A stretch of 64,000 nucleotides of DNA from positions 69,793-133,792 of the forward strand of contig RHPI01002533.1 in NCBI GenBank assembly GCA_009103225.1, given 5' to 3'. Positions within the stretch are counted from its first letter, which is position 1. The number at the start of each line of letters is the position of its first letter. The translations under genes were made by a program, and so were the position numbers. Shown piece by piece: positions 57,721 through 64,000 of the stretch. Under the pieces are notes generated by a model. The model saw nothing but the letters and a program-made list of their open reading frames with translations, had not been told where the DNA came from and did no database searches. This DNA is from Chlorokybus atmophyticus (taxonomy: Eukaryota; Plantae; Mesostigma and Chlorokybus algae).

Positions 57721-58670
57721 CTAGTGTGGCCTGGCGTGCCCCACTCAGTATGACTTGGCAATTACACCACATGTGGTCTTGCATATCATTGCCAGTATGA
57801 TATGACCGTCACACCTGTCATGCCATCTACCCTCGCATGCCAGTCCTTCTCGAGCATGCCTACACCCAGCCCCACGCCCGGGCTACCAGCATGAAGACCG
57901 CGCGAGCCCCAGCCTACTGCTAGCTACTGTACCGCTCATGTAGCATGTAGCTAGGGCTACTTTATAGACCTGCCTGTAGGGACCGCGCGTAGCTGATCAG
58001 TTGTAAGTCTGTTAATGACACATGTGCTATATCGAGTCTTAGGAGATTTCCGAAATAGCATGAGGCCTCGATGTGACCGTTGGCCTAGTGCCCGCGTGGC
58101 ACTGCACAGTCATGATTTGACATGTATAAGTAGGAAGTCACGTCACCGGACTAGCTGGTGACACTGTAAGTGAGTACTAGGAGTACCAAGAAGTAAAGAC
58201 TTTGTTTCTAAAGAGCTTGTGAAGCGACTTGAACTGGAAGCACGCTGCCCCGGTTGCCAAGAATTCCCTTACTGCGTGAGACACGGTGCATGCTCTTGTG
58301 CGATGTGCCTGTCATTGCTGTGAGCTTGACGGTGGTGTGTTGTTTCAGTAGTCAGGGTGTTGTATCCACGTGTTGCACACTCATTCACCTCACTTAACAG
58401 TGTATCATTCTATCCACTCATGCAAAGAACTGTGTCCACAGCACTACCTATCGTAGTGGCTTGTTGACTTACAGTGTCACCCTCTTTGCACAAGTGAGTG
58501 TGTTGCGATCTGCATTAGATAGTGCAGTCTGCACCCAGGGATAGATCGCTGGGCATTCGTTATCATTGTCATCACATAGTGCGCACAAGCACTAATGTGT
58601 TGGGTGGTAACAGCATCACTATAGACGGTAGAGCACAAGCACTCTACCCTTTTACCTCTGGACCAGCTGT

Positions 58671-60510
58671 ATGAGCAGGCCCACCCCGTTCTCCCCAATA
58701 GACGAGGGTGACCTCAGCAGTCGGAGCCCAACCACCAACCTCACCTACGAGCGGACCAGTGACGGGAGCATCGACCGCAGCAGCAGAGGCTCGCGCTCCA
58801 TCTCCAGCTTCACCCCGCTCCACTCTACTCCTCGTCATCAAGCTTCTCCACTATCATCGGACAGCGACGACAACGAGATGGAGTCTTCCTATTCAACCAC
58901 ATCCCTGCGCTTCTCCGGACGTGCCGGCACCACCTCGCTGGATGAGTTCATCATCAAGTTCCACTCCAAGATGCGGCAGAAAGCTCTGAAGAACAAAGAC
59001 TGGTCAGATGAGATCTCTTTCCACATTGCTGCTCAGTATCTTGATCATGAAGCACACGATGTCTGGAAGTCCGTTGCTGAACTGCATCGAGTAGACGGCT
59101 ATGGCGAGCTTGCCAGCACCATAGCATCTGCATCTCTGCACCGTCCAGCAGGTGTCGTTCCACCTGCCACTTCAGTTGCAGTAACAGGCTTGTCCATAGC
59201 TGCAGCTCTCAAGCAGGCAGAGGAGGAGGAACCAGAGTTGGTACTTGTCAACTTTACCCCTGCAGAATTTGAGTCCAAGGAGGCCACAGTCGAGTCCGCA
59301 TCCTTGACCGTTCTGCCATCATCATTGAGGAACAAAGAGCTGTACAGCAAGCGGCAGCCGCAGAGTGGGGTACTCCTCTACCTCCAGCAACACCTGGCTC
59401 TCGTGCAGGAGGCAGCGCTTTCACCCTCGGGTCAGTAGCACTGCGCGCACCAGCCATCACCGTAGGTGCTGCCATCTCTGATTCTCCACTCAAGGACCTG
59501 TACGCTGCCCTGCGCCGCACCTTCCCTTCTCAGACCACCACCAAGGTTGAGGAGCTGAGACGCTTCCGACGCAAGCCCAATGAGGATCCCCTCCGCTTGT
59601 ACTCCAGACTGGAAGGTCTGCTGAAGGACACTGACTACAAGATTGTCAGTGAGGAGGCTGCTGCAGTGATATACGCCAATGAGTTGGATGCTGCTCTGAG
59701 CGAGTCGACACGCCCGACTCCGAACTACAGCAGGCCCCTTGGTTACACCCTCAAAGAAGCCTAGAGACTGCACAAGCCATCCACAAGCGCTTGGTGTATG
59801 AGAAGGCAGTGCTGGACACCAACCGCAGCGCCGCACGGCCTGTAGTCAGCACGACAACTGAGCTTCCTCGCCGCGACCGTGGCCGGGACGCTCCACCAGC
59901 ACGCGACAAAGGGAAACGGTCAGCTCATGCTGCACTTGCTGCCCCTGTGCTGTGTCATCGCTGTGGACGGCATGGGCACTACCAAAAGGAGTGCACCGAA
60001 GAATACTCAACTTTGGTTTGCGACCACTGTCACAAGACTGGTCGTTTGGAGTCAGTCTGCTGGCTCAAGTTCCCAGAGTTGAGGCCCGCCAACAGCTACA
60101 ACCACAACTACTCCGGTGGCTACAACAGCAACAACACTGGAGGCCACACTGGCAACAACTTCAGTGGCTACAACAGCAACAACACTGGAGGCCACACTGG
60201 CAACCACTTCAGTGGCTACAATAGCAACAACACTGGAGCCCACAATAGCAACAACGCTGGTGGCAGTAACAACTACAACAACGCCAGTGTTCGCAAGGAA
60301 GAGCAAGGCTACAGGGGGAAGAATAGACCTCCTCAGCGTAAGGGACCAGAGACACGTCCGCGCGTTGCTGCTGTTGCCGCCAAGGCTTCATCCAACCCAC
60401 CAGCTGATGACCATATGGCAGCCCTGATGGCGCGTATGGCACGCTTGGAGGAAGACAAGGAGCAGGACTACCGCGCCTGCCCGATGGGCGCTGGTGGCTG
60501 CAAAACGTGA
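58671..60510 (+). pseudogene. gag: Frameshifted gag with two zinc-knuckle-like motifs and an N/G/Y-rich repeat
   Basis: LRFSGRAGTTSLDEFIIKF...WSDE...AAQYLDHEAHDVW; after a shift DLYAALRRTFP...ELRRFRRKPNEDP; after another shift CHRCGRHGHYQKEC and CDHCHKTGRLESVCWLKFPELRP. Frameshifts near 59355, 59760 and 60500. Confidence 0.8.
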
Positions 60511-61285
60511 GAGAGACAGGACCACTCCGTCCCGCGTGCAACCATCACGACGAGCACGGGGGGAAGCTGCAACAACATCAGCAGGCACCTCCTCCGAAGC
60601 CACCAGTGGGGCTGCCTCCGCAGCAACAGCCACACCGGCTACAACGTCGACTCCACCAACGTCAGCGGCACCCACTCCAGTTGCACCACAACCTGGTACA
60701 CCGATGGACACCGTGACACCGACACTGGTGAGCACAATGGCAACAGTCGCCATCTCTACCGAATCTGCACCAGCGAGCGGTGCACTTCCCACTGCAGCAG
60801 TGCCTCTGCCCGTAGGCGTTGAGACAACTCTCGCACCACCGACCGGTACCGTCGCAACTGCCACAATTGCCATCATCGAGCCCGCTGTCTCTGCAGCAAC
60901 GCGCGCAGCCACTCTGCCCGCTCTCGACGTCACTCAGGCTGTCCCAACTGGTCAGCAAGCTGAGCGAGCATGAGAGACCGTCCTGCGCGGAGCAGACCCC
61001 ACTACCATCGCCTTCGGTCGGGGGGGGGAGCGCACCACGCGTGTCGCTCGCGATGATCGCGTCTTCCCGCTACCAGAGGTTCACACCCTTCCAGCACTCA
61101 CTCAACACCAACTGGAAGATGAGATCCTTGCTGGCACTGCACCTCCGATGCGTGACAGGGTGTTTTTGATCAGCTACAGCCCACCGGTAGTGTTGGAGTT
61201 GGCCCTGCAGCTGTTCTGGGCGCTGCACAACAACATGCAGACCGCCCCGCACCAGTCTGCACGCATGCCAACCACCACCTTTTAA

Positions 61286-64000
61286 CCCAGCCCGCTGGAC
61301 ACGTATCGGGACCGCCGAGACACCGTCCAGCAGCGCATCGCCGACGCAGCCGACCTGCCTTTGGGCACTGATGAAGCACTCGGACCTCCTACAACCGCTC
61401 CCCTTCATCAGCGCTACCACGCACTGGAACAAGCATATCATTGGCGACAGGATCAAGCTGCCGCCATTGCTGCACGTGAGCAAGCTCTTGAAGCTACGCG
61501 TGCACCAATACCTCAGTCACCAACTACTGGTCCATCCTCCAGCACCACTCCGCTCTTCGTCGAGACCAACTCTGACCAAGCGAGGGCGTTGGCTCAACAA
61601 ACCAGGGGGGTGATCGCCCCGTTGCTGCCTGCGCTGGTGGAGGATCTACCTGAGGACCAAAGGGAGCCAGGGAGGGGCTACCTTACACCACAAGGGTGTA
61701 CACAAAGAGATGGAGCAGGACTGGTTGGAGAGCAACAACTACGCACTGCTCTGTTGCGACAAGCAACCATGCTGCATCGGCAAGAAGGCATCGGACTTCG
61801 GCAGATGCTTGGGATGCGAGACAATGGCAACGCGGCACGCGCACGGTTAGTGACGTGGCTGGTCACCAACCATCCCGCAGTCCCGTTGTTCGCTTTCGGC
61901 GCCAGATTAGCGTGGGTGGACGCATTCCTTCGCTCCATACGGCAAGCCTATGATGAAGTGGCTTCCGCCGCCACTGACACTCTGGAGGGAGCTCTGGAGG
62001 CGATACTGAGTTTGCCAGGAGTGGAGGCAGGACGTCAGCGCAGGCGCATCGCCGCTGCTTACGAGCAGCATGTCCAACAGCCAGAGACCCGCCTCACTGT
62101 ATGCACACGAGCAATAACAGTGCTGGAAGTGGGAGTGGTCAACGGCAGATGGGATGCTTACATGGCAGGGATCCTCAGGGTGCCCACCATCACCCACGAC
62201 ATGAGAGCGCGGCTCCTACGCGCAGTGTACCTGCAGCCCATGCCTCAGAACCATCGCTATATAGACGTGGACAACAATGCGACGGCGACATGGGAAGGTA
62301 CACTAGTCAGAGAGGCAGCCCATGCCGTGCGATGGACCTATGCAGAGGAGCAGGCTGCACGAGAGGCAGTCCCGCAAACACCAGGTCCTCCAGGGTTCCC
62401 GCTACAGCCACTGGCCACTCCTCCTGGCATGACAACAGCTGCACGGAGGGTCAACCCTCCTGCACCTCCACTTGGACAGTTTGCAGCAGCACCTCCAGTG
62501 CCTAGGCCACCACGCGTGTACCAGCAACCGCGACAAGGACGGTTTGGACAAAGCCGAGGACAAGGAGGTCCACAAGATTCATCAGGCAGAGGAGCCCTGG
62601 CTGCCCTGCGGTCAGGCCCCGCAGATGAGAGTAAAGCAACAGTCTCTCCACGCAAGAGGTTCCGTCGCTGCAAGAGGCTGCGCATCAACGCTAATGCAGC
62701 CATGATCGCCAACCAAGGCAAGCACGTGATCGTCAATGGGCGGGCACTCAAATGCGTGATGCTGGACACTGGAGCACAGCCCGTCATCATTGGGCGCTAC
62801 CTCGCACGAGATCTCGGCATCACCAGCGCTGAGCTGCTTCCCTGTCCCTACCAGCTGGACACCGCAACCGGCAACCGCGACAAGGTGCTCGGCCTTACCA
62901 AGCAGGCTGTGAGCATCCGCCTCACCGGACTAAACCCTTCCCACAGCACCGAGATTGTACAAAGGTGTGTGGTCACCGATGCCGGGTCCTTTGACCTACT
63001 GCTGGGACAGGACTGCAACTTCCCTGTCGGCATGGGGATGGACTGCTGGACTGAGCAGGCATGGTTTCGACCGCATTGGGATGAGGATGATGGAGAGGAG
63101 CAGGGATTCCTACCTCTCGAACTGGTGGCCAAGGCCCGCTCGCAACGAAGGTCGGCCGCAGCAGCCACCTACAGTCCTATAAAAAGCTCACGTGTGCCTC
63201 GTGCCCGAACGCAGCCGAGGACAACTGCAACGAGCTCGAGCCTAAACGCTGAAGAGGACTCTCCTACACCGTACGATGAGTCTCAGGAGACTGTCACAAA
63301 AGAAGTGGCCTTTCAGGAGCCATCCGAGCGTCGCTGGAGCGCACAAGTAGCAGCACACATGCTACTGACCAGGCCTCAGCTCACTGCACACTTCCCTGTC
63401 TACAAAGACCAGGCTACAGTGCAGGAGCAGTACCACATAGCTACTGGAGTTGTGGAGTTCCACATGTTCCGCCGACAACAAGGCATCACCGTGCTGGAGC
63501 TGTTCGGAGGCATAGGCAGTGGGCTTGCGGCTGTCCTCAACACAGGAACAACAGTCACCAAGTACCTCTACTGTGACCCTGACCCTCATGCACAGGAGGC
63601 TCTGAGCCATCATTTACGACAGCTGCACCAGCGCTACCCGCAGCAGTTACCGCTGTCGGCACTGCAAGGGAGCCAGAAGGCTCTGCCGCAGGACATCCGC
63701 TGGATTATCAAGGATCACCTGCAGGCAGTCGGCAACATTGACCTGCTGATAGCAGGATGGGAGTTTCAAGGGCACTCCAGGGCAGGCAGAGGCCACGGGC
63801 TCTCTGATCCTCGCTCACAGCTGTTCTGGGAGCTAATGAGAGTCGTCAAACTCCTGCAGACCAGTCAGATCGCTAGGCCCTTGGGCTACATCATCGAGAA
63901 TGTGCACTCCGAGGATGACAAGCGGCATCACGTCGCCAAAGCTTATCGACAAGTATGCTCCTTGCTGGGGCATCCTCTCAAAATCAACGCCGCACGTCAT
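61286..64000 (+). CDS. Polyprotein (3'-partial): unknown domain + retropepsin + C5 DNA methyltransferase domain
   Basis: Manually translated stop-free frame 61286-64000 (905 codons; absent from the ORF track because it has no stop in the window). VMLDTGAQPVIIG at 62756-62794; DLLLGQD; ITVLELFGGIGSGL (motif I, ~63485-63526); IDLLIAGWEFQGHSRAG (motif IV region); YIIENV (motif VI, ENV at 63896-63904). Confidence 0.88.

Larger units (their letters stand above)
57240..64000 (+). mobile_element. Large retrotransposon (probably Ty3/gypsy-like) encoding gag, protease and a C5 cytosine DNA methyltransferase; truncated by the window edge, 5' boundary uncertain
   Basis: gag-like ORF with zinc knuckles, then a frame-2 ORF with an LDTGA protease followed in frame by DNMT motifs. 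RT and integrase are not in the window, so the superfamily call is inference. Confidence 0.85.

Overview
This is an intron-rich, moderately GC-rich eukaryotic window. Its gene set (CYP97C, TORTIFOLIA1-like, STR11-like, plastid XK1-like) points to a green alga, most likely an early-diverging streptophyte (inference). There are about 12 recognisable multi-exon host genes, mostly in compact divergent pairs. There are also three transposon zones. (1) A young, intact Ty3/gypsy chromovirus (10647-17528; LTRs, CATAT TSD, PBS, PPT) sits inside an intron of a decayed hAT transposase. Its gag and pol are in one frame separated by a single UAG, and pol starts with an extra ~125-aa domain that may be a degenerate adenine-methyltransferase fold. 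(2) A TA-flanked MITE-like element lies next to a possible pogo remnant (54650-56500). (3) A large retrotransposon runs off the right edge and encodes gag, an aspartic protease and, in the same ORF, a C5 cytosine DNA methyltransferase domain whose catalytic Cys appears replaced. Unusual host genes include a glucokinase-regulatory-protein-like gene and a secreted Ole e 1-like/heparinase II-III-like fusion. Exon coordinates and family calls come from manual translation and motif recall; no searches were run.
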